From an uncultured Alphaproteobacteria bacterium (GTDB taxonomy: Bacteria; Pseudomonadota; Alphaproteobacteria; Rhizobiales; Methyloligellaceae): DNA of 64,000 nt. The notes below the pieces were generated by a model. The model searched no databases and was not told where the DNA came from. It saw only the letters and a program-made list of their open reading frames with translations. Positions 43,997 through 55,829 of this stretch are shown here, in pieces. Location of the stretch: positions 19,818-83,817 of the forward strand of contig CAVZLT010000038.1 in the NCBI GenBank assembly GCA_963776235.1. The letters are read 5' to 3'. Each line of letters begins with the position of its first letter. Positions within the stretch are counted from its first letter, which is position 1. The position numbers and the translations under genes are program-made.

Positions 43997-45763
43997 ATGT
44001 CGCGCGCAATGACGGGCGCCCAGATGGTGCTCCAGGCTCTCGCCGATCAGGGCGTCGAGCATATTTTCGGCTATCCGGGTGGCGCCGTGCTGCCCATCTA
44101 TGACGAGTTGTACCAGCAAGACCGCATCAAGCACATTCTCGTGCGCCACGAGCAGGGCGCCGTGCATGCCGCCGAAGGCTATGCGCGCTCGACCGGCAAG
44201 GTCGGCGTCGTGCTCGTCACCTCGGGCCCCGGCGCGACCAACGCCGTCACCGGCTTGACCGATGCGCTGATGGATTCGATCCCGGTGGTCTGCATCACCG
44301 GTCAGGTGCCGACCCATCTGATCGGCAACGACGCCTTTCAGGAATGCGACACGGTCGGCATCACGCGCCCCTGCACCAAGCACAATTATCTCGTCAAGGA
44401 CGTGAACGCGTTGTCTCGCGTCCTGCACGAGGCGTTCTACGTCGCGCGCACCGGCCGCCCCGGTCCGGTCGTGGTCGACATCCCCAAGGACATCCAGTTC
44501 GCCAAGGGCGAGTACACCGGCCTCACCAACTCGCAGCACAAGAGCTACAACCCGCAAACCGAGGGTGACGAGCGCGCGGTGGCCGCGGCGATCGACATGA
44601 TGGCCAACGCCAAGCGGCCGATCTTCTATACCGGCGGCGGCATCGTCAATTCGGGACCGCTCGCCAGCAAGCGGTTGCGCGAGCTCGTGCGCATGACCGG
44701 CTTTCCCATCACCTCGACGCTGATGGGCCTCGGCGCCTACCCGGCCTCCGACAAGCAGTGGCTCGGCATGCTCGGCATGCATGGCACCTACGAGGCCAAC
44801 AACGCCATGCACGATTGCGACGTGATGATCTGCATCGGCGCGCGCTTCGACGACCGCATCACCGGCCGGGTCGATGCCTTCTCGCCGGGCTCGAAGAAGA
44901 TCCATGTCGATATCGACCGCTCGTCGATCAACAAGAACATCAAGGTCGATCTGCCCATCGTCGGCGATTGCGCGCGCGTGATCGAGCAGATGATCGAGGC
45001 CTGGCAGGCCAAGAAGCCGAAAGTCGACAAACCCGCGCTCAAATCGTGGTGGGCCGAGATCGAACGCTGGCGCGCGCGGAAATGCCTTCACTACCGCAAG
45101 CGCGACGACGTCATCATGCCGCAATACGCCATCGAGCGCCTTTACGCGCTGACGCGCGGCTACGACACTTACATCACCACCGAGGTGGGCCAGCATCAGA
45201 TGTGGGCGGCGCAATTCTTCAAGTTCGAGGAGCCGAACCGCTGGATGACCTCCGGCGGGCTCGGCACCATGGGCTACGGCCTGCCGGCGGCTGTCGGCGT
45301 GCAGATGGCGCATCCCGACTCGCTCGTCATCGACATCGCCGGCGAGGCATCGGTGTTGATGACCATGCAGGAGATGTCGACGGCGGCGCAATACGACCTG
45401 CCGATCAAGATCTTCATCTTGAACAACGAATATATGGGCATGGTGCGCCAATGGCAGGAATTGCTGCATGGCGGCCGCTACTCGCATTCCTACACCGCGG
45501 CGCTGCCGGATTTCGTCAAGCTGGCGGAGGCCTATCAGGGTGTCGGCATCAGGGCCGAGAAGCCCTCCGAGCTCGACGACGCGATCCGCGAGATGATCGC
45601 GGTGAAGAAGCCGGTCATCTTCGATTGCCGGGTGGACAAGCACGCCAATTGCTTCCCCATGATTCCGTCGGGCGAGGCGCATAATCACATGCTGATGGGC
45701 GACGACCTGACCGAAGAGGATCTCGAGAACGCCATCACCGAGGAAGGCAAGGTGATGGTGTAG
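43997..45763 (+). CDS. ilvB: Acetolactate synthase large subunit
   Basis: FGYPGGAVLP, RHEQ, TSGPGATN, GQHQMW, SGGLGTMG. Confidence 0.97.
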   Translation: MSRAMTGAQMVLQALADQGVEHIFGYPGGAVLPIYDELYQQDRIKHILVRHEQGAVHAAEGYARSTGKVGVVLVTSGPGATNAVTGLTDALMDSIPVVCITGQVPTHLIGNDAFQECDTVGITRPCTKHNYLVKDVNALSRVLHEAFYVARTGRPGPVVVDIPKDIQFAKGEYTGLTNSQHKSYNPQTEGDERAVAAAIDMMANAKRPIFYTGGGIVNSGPLASKRLRELVRMTGFPITSTLMGLGAYPASDKQWLGMLGMHGTYEANNAMHDCDVMICIGARFDDRITGRVDAFSPGSKKIHVDIDRSSINKNIKVDLPIVGDCARVIEQMIEAWQAKKPKVDKPALKSWWAEIERWRARKCLHYRKRDDVIMPQYAIERLYALTRGYDTYITTEVGQHQMWAAQFFKFEEPNRWMTSGGLGTMGYGLPAAVGVQMAHPDSLVIDIAGEASVLMTMQEMSTAAQYDLPIKIFILNNEYMGMVRQWQELLHGGRYSHSYTAALPDFVKLAEAYQGVGIRAEKPSELDDAIREMIAVKKPVIFDCRVDKHANCFPMIPSGEAHNHMLMGDDLTEEDLENAITEEGKVMV

Positions 45764-45766
45764 CCG

Positions 45767-46311
45767 ATGCGTGGATTGGTGAGCTTCTTCCTCAGTCTGC
45801 GAGTGATCATGCTGATCGGCTCGCTCGGTGCCCTGATGGGCTCGCTCGTCATGTTCCTGCAAGGGAGCCTCTATCTCTATGAGGCCTGGCATACGCTGCT
45901 GGCGCCGGGAGATATCGGCGGCAAGCAGCTCACGGTCCCCGTGCTCGAGGCGGTGGATTCCTTCCTGTTCGGCATCGTGCTGGTGATCTTCGCCTATGGC
46001 GTCGCCATCGGCTTCGTCTTCACCCTGCCGGAGGGCTACGGCAAGCGGCTGCCGGCCTGGATGAACGTGGCCGGCGTCGGCCAGCTCAAGGAGACGCTGA
46101 CCGAGGTGGTCGTCGTCGTCCTGATCGTGATCTTCGCCCGCACCGTGGTCGAGGCCGAAGGCAAGTTCGACCTGTCGATGCTCGTCCTGCCGGTGTCGAT
46201 CCTGTTCATCGCGGCGGCGTTGCGCCTGATCGATTTTGCCGGAGTGAAGCACGCAAAGAGCGAGGAGCGCCCGGGCGAAGACGTCCTTCCCCGGCGCACG
46301 GGACGCAAGCC

Positions 46312-46315
<4 letters not shown>
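45767..46315 (+). CDS. YqhA/UPF0114-like membrane protein
   Basis: Four TMs, VLEAVDSFL, PAWM..LKETL. Confidence 0.75.
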
Positions 46316-47960
<1,645 letters not shown>

Positions 47961-47987
47961 CACTTGCTCCGAGGGATCAAAATTTTC

Positions 47988-48085
47988 TCCGTCATGGCCG
48001 GGCTTGTCCCGGCCATCCACGTCTTTGAGCCTCGCCTCTTTGCACGAAAGTCGTGGATGCCCGGCATAAAGCCGGGCATGACGGA
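47988..48085. repeat. CGTC-type REP-like inverted dimer
   Basis: GTCATGGCCGGGCTTGTCCCGGCCATCCACG ... CGTGGATGCCCGGCATAAAGCCGGGCATGAC; second copy at 60977..61068. Confidence 0.85.
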
Positions 48086-48142
48086 TTGTGTATGGTTAAA
48101 GTCTTCCGCCGCTTGTCATTGGCCGGGGGCAGAGGGTCACCC

Positions 48143-48692
48143 ATGCTGATCGCGCGCTACGCCAAGATCGCAATGAGCCTCGCGCTCGCGGCTTTCTGCC
48201 TGCTCGTCGCCTTCGACAACATCACCGATTACGGCACGAACTATCTGTTCGTGCAGCACGTGCTGAGCATGGACACGACCTTTCCCGGCAACGCGCTGAT
48301 GTACCGCTCGATCACCAACCCCGTGCTGTGGCAGATCGCTTACGCGCTGATCATCGCCGCCGAGGGCGCGACCGGAATTCTGTTTCTCGCCGGCGCCATT
48401 CGCTTGATCCAGGTGCGCAACGCGAGCGGCGCGGTGTTCAACGAGGCCAAGGCGCTCGTCGTCGCCGGCGCCACGCTCGCCTTCCTCGTTTGGTTCTTCG
48501 GCTTCATGGTGGTTGCCGGCGAATGGTTCGCCATGTGGCAGTCGCAGACCTGGAACGGGCAGGAGGCTGCCTTCCGTTTCTACGTGGCGGTGCTTGGCGT
48601 GCTCATCTTCGTCAGCCTGCCCGACGGCGATCTTGCCGGTGGGCCCAAATCGACCCCTAAGCGCCGCGGTAGCCGACAAGAAACCAGCTTAG
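48143..48692 (+). CDS. DUF2165 family membrane protein
   Basis: NITDYGTNYLFVQHVLSMDT, GEWFAMWQSQTWNGQ; stop uncertain because the frame reads through into the next gene. Confidence 0.8.
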
Positions 48693-48736
48693 ACGCGGTT
48701 GAAAGCCTAAGATCGTTTGGGTCACGCAGCCGAGCC

Positions 48737-50558
48737 ATGGCACCGCCGCTTCTCTTTCTTAAGGACATCCATCTCACCTTCGGCGGCACGCCTCTGCTCG
48801 AAGGCGCCGAGCTTTCGATCGGCCCGTCCGAGCGGTTATGCCTGGTCGGCCGCAACGGTTCGGGCAAGTCGACGCTGCTCAAGCTCGCCGCGGGAATGAT
48901 CGAGCCGGATGCCGGCACGCGCTTCGTGCAGCCTTCGGTGACCATCCGCTATCTGCCGCAGAGCCCCGATTTGTCGGGCTTCGCCACCATCTCTGCCTTC
49001 GTCGCGGCCGGGCTCGCCCCTGGCGACGATCCGAACCGCGCGCGCTATCTCCTGGAAAGCCTCGGCCTCACCGGTGACGAGGACCCGGCGCATCTGTCGG
49101 GCGGCGAGAGCCGGCGCGCCGCGCTCGCCCGCGTGCTGGCGCCTGAACCCGACATTCTCCTGCTCGACGAGCCCACCAACCATCTCGACGTGGTCGGCAT
49201 CGAGGGCTTGGAGGCGGTGCTCAAGGCCTCCCGCTCGGCCATGGTGCTGATCAGCCACGACCGGCGCTTCCTGGAAAATCTTTCCCAGGCCACCGTCTGG
49301 CTCGACCGCGGCATCACGCGGCGGCTCGACAAAGGCTTTGCCGGCTTCGAGGCCTGGCGCGATGCGATCCTCGAGGCCGAGGAAGTTGCCGGCCACAAGC
49401 TCGACCGCCGCATCGTGCAGGAGGAGCACTGGCTCCGCTACGGCGTCAGCGCGCGCCGGAAGCGCAACCAACGCCGCCTCGAGGGTCTGGTCGCGCTTCG
49501 CGGCGAACGCAGACACGCGCTGGCCAACCGCGCGTCTGGAGACGTGAAGCTCACGGTGCAGGAGGCGAGAGAGACGGGCAGGAAGGTGATCGAGGCAAGG
49601 CGGATCGCCAAGAGCTATGGCGACCTCACCGTGGTGCGCGACTTCAGCGTCAAGATCGCCCGCGGCGACCGGATCGGCATCGTCGGTCCGAATGGCGCCG
49701 GCAAGACGACGCTCATCAATCTGCTGACCGGCGCGCTTCCTCCCGACACAGGCCACGTGCAGCTCGGCACCAATCTGGAGATCGCCACGCTCGACCAAAC
49801 GCGCGAGAGCCTCGACCCCGAAGCCTCGGTGGCCACGATCCTGACCGGCGGCAGCGGCGACCAGGTGATCATCGACGGGGAGCCGCGCCACGTCATCGGC
49901 TACATGAAGGATTTCCTGTTCAAGCCGGAGCAGGCGAGGACGCCGGTCAAGGCATTGTCGGGCGGCGAGCGCGGGCGGCTGCTCTTGGCGAGAGCCCTGG
50001 CGCAGCCGTCCAACCTCATGGTGCTGGACGAGCCCACCAACGACCTCGACCTCGAGACGCTCGATCTCTTGCAGGAGATGCTCGCCGCCTATCCCGGAAC
50101 GCTCATTCTCGTCAGCCACGACCGCGACTTCCTCGACCGCACGGTCACCTCGGTCATCGCTTTCGAGGGCGAGGGGAGGTGGATCGAATATGCCGGCGGC
50201 TATTCCGACATGGTGGCGCAGCGGAAGGCAGGCATGGCCTCATTGCCGCAAGAGAAGCCTGTCAGCGCCGAAGGCGCCGCGGCCGGCACCGGCGCCGCGA
50301 CGCGCGGCGGCGCCCCGCAAACGCCTCAGCCCCACCGAGCAACACGCCTTGAAGACCGCGCCGGCCCGCATCGAGGCTCTTCACGACGATATCCGCCGGC
50401 TGGAGGCTCTGCTCGCCGACGCGAGCTTCTATGGCCGTGATCGTGAGGGCTTTGCCAAGGCGGGAGCCGAGCTCGCCAAGATCCAACAAGACCTCGCCGC
50501 AGCGGAGGAAGAATGGCTCCGGCTCGAATTGTTGCGCGAGGAACTGCAAGGGGCCTAG
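48737..50558 (+). CDS. ABC-F family ATPase, Uup-like (apparent frameshift at ~50260-50320)
   Basis: Two ABC cassettes (GRNGSGKS, GPNGAGKT, DEPTN twice); C-terminal AEEEWLRLE coiled coil in ORF 50190..50558. Confidence 0.9.
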
Positions 50559-50603
50559 CGTAGACGCACCGTTGAATCTATCCGGCCCAGCAGGAGGCTC
50601 CGC

Positions 50604-51015
50604 ATGACGGAACGCGGCGAGATCGAAGCGCTCGTCAGGAGGCTTTGCGCCGCCCGGGTTGCAGGCGACATGGACGTTCTGCGGCGTGGCTATGCCGACA
50701 ACGCCACATTCAGGATCGCGGGCTCTCCCGCTTGGGGCGCGCTCACGGCGCCCGCTGACGGGCCATGCCAAGATCATGGCGCGGTTCGAGTCCATGATCG
50801 CCAATCTTGCGCTGAGCGACTTCGCCATTCTCGACCTGTTCGTCGACGGCAACAAAGCTGCCGTCCGCTGGCGAGCCACCGTGCGCCATGCGGAAACCAA
50901 GGACGAGTCCACCACCGAAATCGCGCAGTTCCTGGAAGTCGAGCATGGCCAAGTGATCTCCTTGGTCGAGTTCCTGGATACGGCGATGGCCATGAAGCTG
51001 CTGGGCGCGAAATAG
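50604..51015 (+). CDS. SnoaL-like / NTF2 family protein (apparent frameshift at ~50750)
   Basis: AGGAGG RBS; N half in the 50604 frame, VDGNKAAVRW..EFLDTA in the 50659 frame. Confidence 0.75.
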
Positions 51016-51045
51016 GGCGCAGGCGCCGGCTCGCTTCGCCTGATC

Positions 51046-51804
51046 TCAGACGGTCGAGGATGAATGCGGCCTTTGCGGCAGCAGCAGGACGCAGGCAATC
51101 ATGCAGACCGCAAGGACGAGCGAAGCCAGGGGGCGGCTCAGCGCAAGGCCGCCGTGATCGAGTGGCTTGTCGAGAAAGTCGCCGACCGTCGCGCCTAACG
51201 GGCGCGTGAGAATAAACGCGGCCCAGAACAACGTGACCCGAGAGACGTTCGTCCAGTAATAGGCCGCGGTCAGCACCGCCAGTCCGGCGGCGAAAACCAG
51301 CGCCGCTCCGCCATATCCAAGTCCGGCATCGGCGATCCAATCGCCGAGCGCGGTTCCCAAGGTCTGCGAGAACGTGATCGCCGCCCAGTAGAAGGCTTCC
51401 GCCTTGGGCGCGTTGACCGTCGCCACCGAAATGGAGCCCTCCGACCAATACCACAGGGCGAGCACGGCCATCAGGCAGCCGAACAGCAAGAGCGACCCAC
51501 CCATATATCCGATCCCCAAAGACCGGGTCGCGAAGTCGGCCAGCGTCGTGCCGGCCGTGGTCGAGGCGACGATGACGGACCAGTAGAGCAGGGGATGAAA
51601 TTTCTTCGCGGCGATTTGCACGACCACCAGCACGACCAGCACCGAAAGAAAGATCGCCGTGCCCGTCAGATAGCCAAGGTCCATCGTCATGGTCACGGTG
51701 TCGCCGCCGGTTTCCCCGAGCGTCGTGGCGAGAATCTTGATGATCCAGAAGCCGAGCGTGACCTCGGGGACTTTGCTGGCGTGATGCTCCACGGCGTGCG
51801 CCAA
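51046..51804 (-). CDS. COG4705 / DUF347 repeat membrane protein
   Basis: SKVPEVTLGFWIIKILATTLGETGGD, TLGTALGD, TRPLGATVGD; AAGGAG RBS, TTG start. Confidence 0.88.
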   Translation of the reverse strand: MAHAVEHHASKVPEVTLGFWIIKILATTLGETGGDTVTMTMDLGYLTGTAIFLSVLVVLVVVQIAAKKFHPLLYWSVIVASTTAGTTLADFATRSLGIGYMGGSLLLFGCLMAVLALWYWSEGSISVATVNAPKAEAFYWAAITFSQTLGTALGDWIADAGLGYGGAALVFAAGLAVLTAAYYWTNVSRVTLFWAAFILTRPLGATVGDFLDKPLDHGGLALSRPLASLVLAVCMIACVLLLPQRPHSSSTV

Positions 51805-52334
51805 TCTCGCTCTCTCCTTGGCTCAAAACACGACTTCTGGAGGGTTGGTCGCCATTTGGCAAGCGTGCAGCCGACGGGGCTGCCTGCGGCAACGAATGCG
51901 CATGGCGCGTCTCGGGCGGCGCCTGGTCGCACATTTATCCCCGCCTCGCAAACCTCGCATAGACTGCACGCACCTTGTCCTTCTAAGGGGCGCTCTCGCG
52001 AGGCGTTGCGAAGGCGGGACGAGGTGCGGCGCCTGCGGGCCTCGTCGCAACGAGGCACTCGGGCGGCAGCGGAGCTCCCTCCGGGACCACTAGGAGTCCC
52101 TGCCAGGAGCTGGCTGACGGCTCGGTCGGCGCATTCGACGCGCGACGGACCGGACGAAAGCAGGGCCCGGTGCCGGAAAACGCCGCGATTGGCGCGCCGC
52201 GAGGCGCCCGCGTGCCGCAAGGCACGAGCCATAGGATTTTGCGCTTTTCGGCGCGCCATCCCCCCTCACACCCCGGACGCGTGACGCGTCGCGGCAAGGA
52301 GCCCGCATGCCTGCCGTAGCCGAGCAACAAACTC

Positions 52335-52415
52335 CGTCATACCGGCGAAAGCCGGTATCCAGCGCCGCTTGCTCGGTGTCGGTTGCTCTGGATCCCCGCT
52401 TTCGCCGGGATGACG
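52335..52415. repeat. CGTC-type REP-like inverted dimer (second family)
   Basis: CGTCATACCGGCGAAAGCCGGTATCCAG ... CTGGATCCCCGCTTTCGCCGGGATGACG. Confidence 0.85.
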
Positions 52416-52487
52416 AGGCTGGGCTTCCCTGCCGCCCTTGCCCCGGACCGCGCTTCGCACTATTTTCCGAACACGAAGAGGTCATCC

Positions 52488-52642
52488 ATGCAGCGATTGA
52501 CTGGGCAGAAAAGGATCGGGACCGGCGCGATTTCGCGTATTCCGGCCGCGTCCGCCCGCGCGCTGCTTGATCTCAAGCGCCTCGTCCTTAGACGCCCCTG
52601 AGCTCCGGCGGTCTCGCGTCAAGCGGGGCGGGCGTTCAGGGG
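52488..52642 (+). promoter_or_regulatory. Putative leuA leader: Leu-rich uORF plus helix
   Basis: uORF ends ALLDLKRLVLRRP* at 52601; CCCCTGAGC pairs with GTTCAGGGG. Confidence 0.55.
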
Positions 52643-52721
52643 ATGGCAATCTAATCCTCAGAGAATTCAAGCGGCTTGCCGGTCGTGCTAGACTGGAGCC
52701 CAAAGCTTAAGGACGAGACCG

Positions 52722-54308
52722 ATGGAGTCCAACCAAGATAACGCCTCGAAGGCGGCAGCCCGGCCTGAGCGCGACCGCGTCGTCATCTTCGACACGACAT
52801 TGCGCGACGGGGAGCAATGCCCCGGCGCCACCATGACCTTCGACGAGAAGCTCGAAGTCGCCGACGTGCTCGACGAGATGGGCGTCGACATCATCGAGGC
52901 GGGTTTCCCGATCGCCTCGGAAGGCGATTTCAACAGCGTGCAGGAGATTGCCCGCCGCGCCAAGAAGGCGGTGATCTGCGGGCTGGCTCGTGCGCAGTTC
53001 AAGGACATCGACCGTTGCGCGGAAGCCATCAAGCCGGCGCAGCGCGGCCGCATCCATACTTTTATCGGCACCTCGCCGCTGCATCGCAAATATCAGATGG
53101 GCATCGACGAGAAAGAGGTGCTGGAACGCGTAACCGCTTCCGTCACGCGCGCGCGAGGCTATACCGACGATGTCGAATGGTCGGCGATGGACGCCACCCG
53201 CACCGAGCACGACTTTCTCTGCCGCTGCGTCGAGGCCGCCATCAAGGCGGGCGCCACCACCGTCAACATTCCCGACACCGTGGGCTATGCGACGCCGGAT
53301 GAGTTCGCGGGTCTGATCAAGATGATCATCGCGCGTGTGCCGGGCGCCGACAGCATCGTGTTCTCGACCCACTGTCACAACGATCTCGGTCTGGCGGTCG
53401 CCAACTCCTTGGCGGGTGTCGGCGGAGGGGCGCGGCAGGTTGAGTGCGCGGTCAACGGCTTGGGCGAGCGCGCCGGCAACGCCGCGCTGGAAGAAATCGT
53501 CATGGCCATCCGCACGCGTGCCGACGTGATGCCGTTCTGGACCGGCATCGACACCACCATGCTGACGCGGGTGTCCAAACTCGTCTCGCGCGTGACCGCC
53601 TTTCCGGTGCAGTACAACAAAGCCATCGTCGGGCGGAACGCGTTCGCGCATGAGAGCGGTATCCATCAGGACGGCGTGCTGAAACATGCCGAGACCTTCG
53701 AGATCATGACGCCCGAGAGCGTGGGCTTGAAGGAGTCCTCGCTGGTGATGGGCAAGCATTCGGGGCGCCATGCCTTCCGCGAGAAGCTGAAGGAGCTCGG
53801 CTACGAGCTGGGCGACAACGCCTTCGAGGATGCGTTCGTGCGCTTCAAGGCGCTGGCCGACCGCAAGAAGCACGTCTATGACGAGGATCTCGAGGCTCTG
53901 GTCGATCAGGAGATCGCCTCCGCCCACGACCGCATCAAGGTCGTGGCGCTCACGGTGATCGCCGGCACCGGCGGTCCGCAGAAGGCGACGCTCACGCTCG
54001 ATGTCGACGGCAAGCAGCACACGCATGAATCGAGCGGCGATGGACCGGTCGATGCGACGTTCCGCGCCATCAAGGCGATCGTGCCGCATGAGGCGCGGTT
54101 GCCGCTCTATCAGGTGAGCGCGGTGACGGAAGGAACCGATGCGCAAGCCGAGGTGACGGTGCGGCTGGAGGCCGACGGCAAGACCGTGACCGGTCGGGGC
54201 TCCGACACCGACACCATGGTCGCCTCGGCGCGCGCTTATGTCAGTGCACTGAATAAATTGTTGGCGCGCGAAGCCCGCCGCAAGCCCGAGACGATGCTCG
54301 CATCCTGA
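52722..54308 (+). CDS. leuA: 2-isopropylmalate synthase
   Basis: FDTTLRDGEQ, HCHNDLG, HESGIHQDG, GDGPVDA. Confidence 0.97.
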   Translation: MESNQDNASKAAARPERDRVVIFDTTLRDGEQCPGATMTFDEKLEVADVLDEMGVDIIEAGFPIASEGDFNSVQEIARRAKKAVICGLARAQFKDIDRCAEAIKPAQRGRIHTFIGTSPLHRKYQMGIDEKEVLERVTASVTRARGYTDDVEWSAMDATRTEHDFLCRCVEAAIKAGATTVNIPDTVGYATPDEFAGLIKMIIARVPGADSIVFSTHCHNDLGLAVANSLAGVGGGARQVECAVNGLGERAGNAALEEIVMAIRTRADVMPFWTGIDTTMLTRVSKLVSRVTAFPVQYNKAIVGRNAFAHESGIHQDGVLKHAETFEIMTPESVGLKESSLVMGKHSGRHAFREKLKELGYELGDNAFEDAFVRFKALADRKKHVYDEDLEALVDQEIASAHDRIKVVALTVIAGTGGPQKATLTLDVDGKQHTHESSGDGPVDATFRAIKAIVPHEARLPLYQVSAVTEGTDAQAEVTVRLEADGKTVTGRGSDTDTMVASARAYVSALNKLLAREARRKPETMLAS

Positions 54309-54355
54309 CCGCGGGCGCGTTGGAATCGCGCTTGGCGGGAATTGCCCAAGCTTGA

Positions 54356-54383
54356 GGCGGCCGGCTGCGTGCCGGCCGTCTTT
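54356..54383 (+). terminator. Putative intrinsic terminator after leuA
   Basis: GGCGGCCGGC-tgcgt-GCCGGCCGTC-TTT. Confidence 0.5.
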
Positions 54384-54699
54384 GCGTCTGTGGCAGAATT
54401 CGAAGGCCGGCGGCGGTATTGGCGGCAGGACTTAACGGCGCCCTTTAATTGGGGAGCGTCGGCGACAGGCGAAGCGGTGGGCCTCGCCACAATTCGACTG
54501 TTCGCTCGGCAGGAGTGCGTGCAAGCGAATTGTTTTTGTAAAACCCGCTTGCCACGCATTGCTCGTCCATCCGATTTGCCGCAACATACGAGGCGTGCGC
54601 GACGGACGGCCAAGAACCGAACGCACGGCCGCCGGCTTCTGTCGCTCGCATATTTTCAGTGGTGTTCAGGGCTCTTTTGGAGCCGATTGGGGCGGGCGT

Positions 54700-55740
54700 A
54701 TGTTCTCGCGGGCCTTGGGCTTTGTCTCTTACGACATGGCCATCGATCTTGGCACGGCGAATACGCTGGTTTATGTGCCGGGGCGGGGGATCGTTCTCGA
54801 TGAGCCCTCCGTCGTCGCCGTCACGAGCCAGCGCGATGGCGAGCGCCAAGTTATAGCCGTCGGCCATGAGGCCAAGACGATGCTCGGCCGCACGCCCAGC
54901 AAGATCGAGACCATCCAGCCGCTGCGCGACGGCGTGATCGCCGATTTCAACGCCGCCGAGGAGATGATCAAGCATTTCATCCGCCGCGTGAGCCGGCGCG
55001 GACTCTTCACCGGCCCGCGCATCATGATCTGCGTGCCGGCGAGCGCGACCCCGGTGGAGCGCCGCGCGGTGCATGAAGCCGGACTTTCGGCTGGCGCGCG
55101 GCGCGTGTTTTTGATCGAGGAGCCGGTTGCCGCCGCGATCGGCGCCGGCCTGCCGATCGCCGAAGCGCGCGGCTCCATGATTGTCGACATCGGCGGCGGC
55201 ACCACCGACATCGCCGTGCTCTCCATGGGCAGCGTGCTCTATTCGCGCTCGGTGCGCAGCGCCGGCAATGCCTTCGACGAGGCGATCGTCAATTACGTGC
55301 GCTTCAAATACAACCTGCTGATGGGCGCGACCAGCGCCGAGGCCATCAAGAAGCAGTCCGGCTGCGCCATCGCCAAGTCGAATGGCCACCGCGTGCCGAT
55401 CCACATCAAGGGCCGCGATTTGCAGCGCGGCTTCCCCAGCGAGATCAGCCTCGAGTCGCATGACATCGCCGAAGCCCTGACGCTGCCGATCCAGCAGATC
55501 GTGGGAGGCATCCGCCACGCTCTTGCCGACGTGCCGCCCGAGCTCACCGCCGATGTCTGCGATTCGGGCATCTGGCTGACCGGCGGCGGCGCGCTGCTGG
55601 AGAAGCTCGATGTCAGGCTCACACAAGAAACTGGCGTGAAGTTCAGGATCGCCGAGGACCCTCTGCGCTGCGTCGTGCGCGGGACCGGCAAGGCCCTGGA
55701 GCAGCTCGACACCATGGCGGGTTTTTTGATCAAGCCATGA
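54700..55740 (+). CDS. mreB: Rod shape-determining protein MreB
   Basis: IDLGTANT, EPSVVA, PLRDGVIADF, DIGGGTT, LTGGGAL. Confidence 0.95.
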   Translation: MFSRALGFVSYDMAIDLGTANTLVYVPGRGIVLDEPSVVAVTSQRDGERQVIAVGHEAKTMLGRTPSKIETIQPLRDGVIADFNAAEEMIKHFIRRVSRRGLFTGPRIMICVPASATPVERRAVHEAGLSAGARRVFLIEEPVAAAIGAGLPIAEARGSMIVDIGGGTTDIAVLSMGSVLYSRSVRSAGNAFDEAIVNYVRFKYNLLMGATSAEAIKKQSGCAIAKSNGHRVPIHIKGRDLQRGFPSEISLESHDIAEALTLPIQQIVGGIRHALADVPPELTADVCDSGIWLTGGGALLEKLDVRLTQETGVKFRIAEDPLRCVVRGTGKALEQLDTMAGFLIKP

Positions 55741-55829
55741 GCCGGCCATAGCGGGGAGAGGCTTGCTGGCTGCGCAAGCCTCAAGATGGAGAGGGGTGGC
55801 GATAGCGCTCCTCTGAGGAAGACGCAGGA

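Noticed and set aside
48053-48142. N-terminal extension MDARHKAGHD.. of the 795-aa ORF, and MAGLVPAIH/MPGLVPGIH ORFs
   Set aside because: Translations of the REP-like repeat, not genes
52013-52049. Guanidine-III (ykkC-III)-like GGACGAGGTGCG pseudoknot
   Set aside because: Second loop lacks the conserved purine-rich sequence, and no SMR/guanidine gene lies downstream on that strand
54432-54448. CtrA site upstream of mreB
   Set aside because: TTAA half-sites are 9 nt apart, not 7
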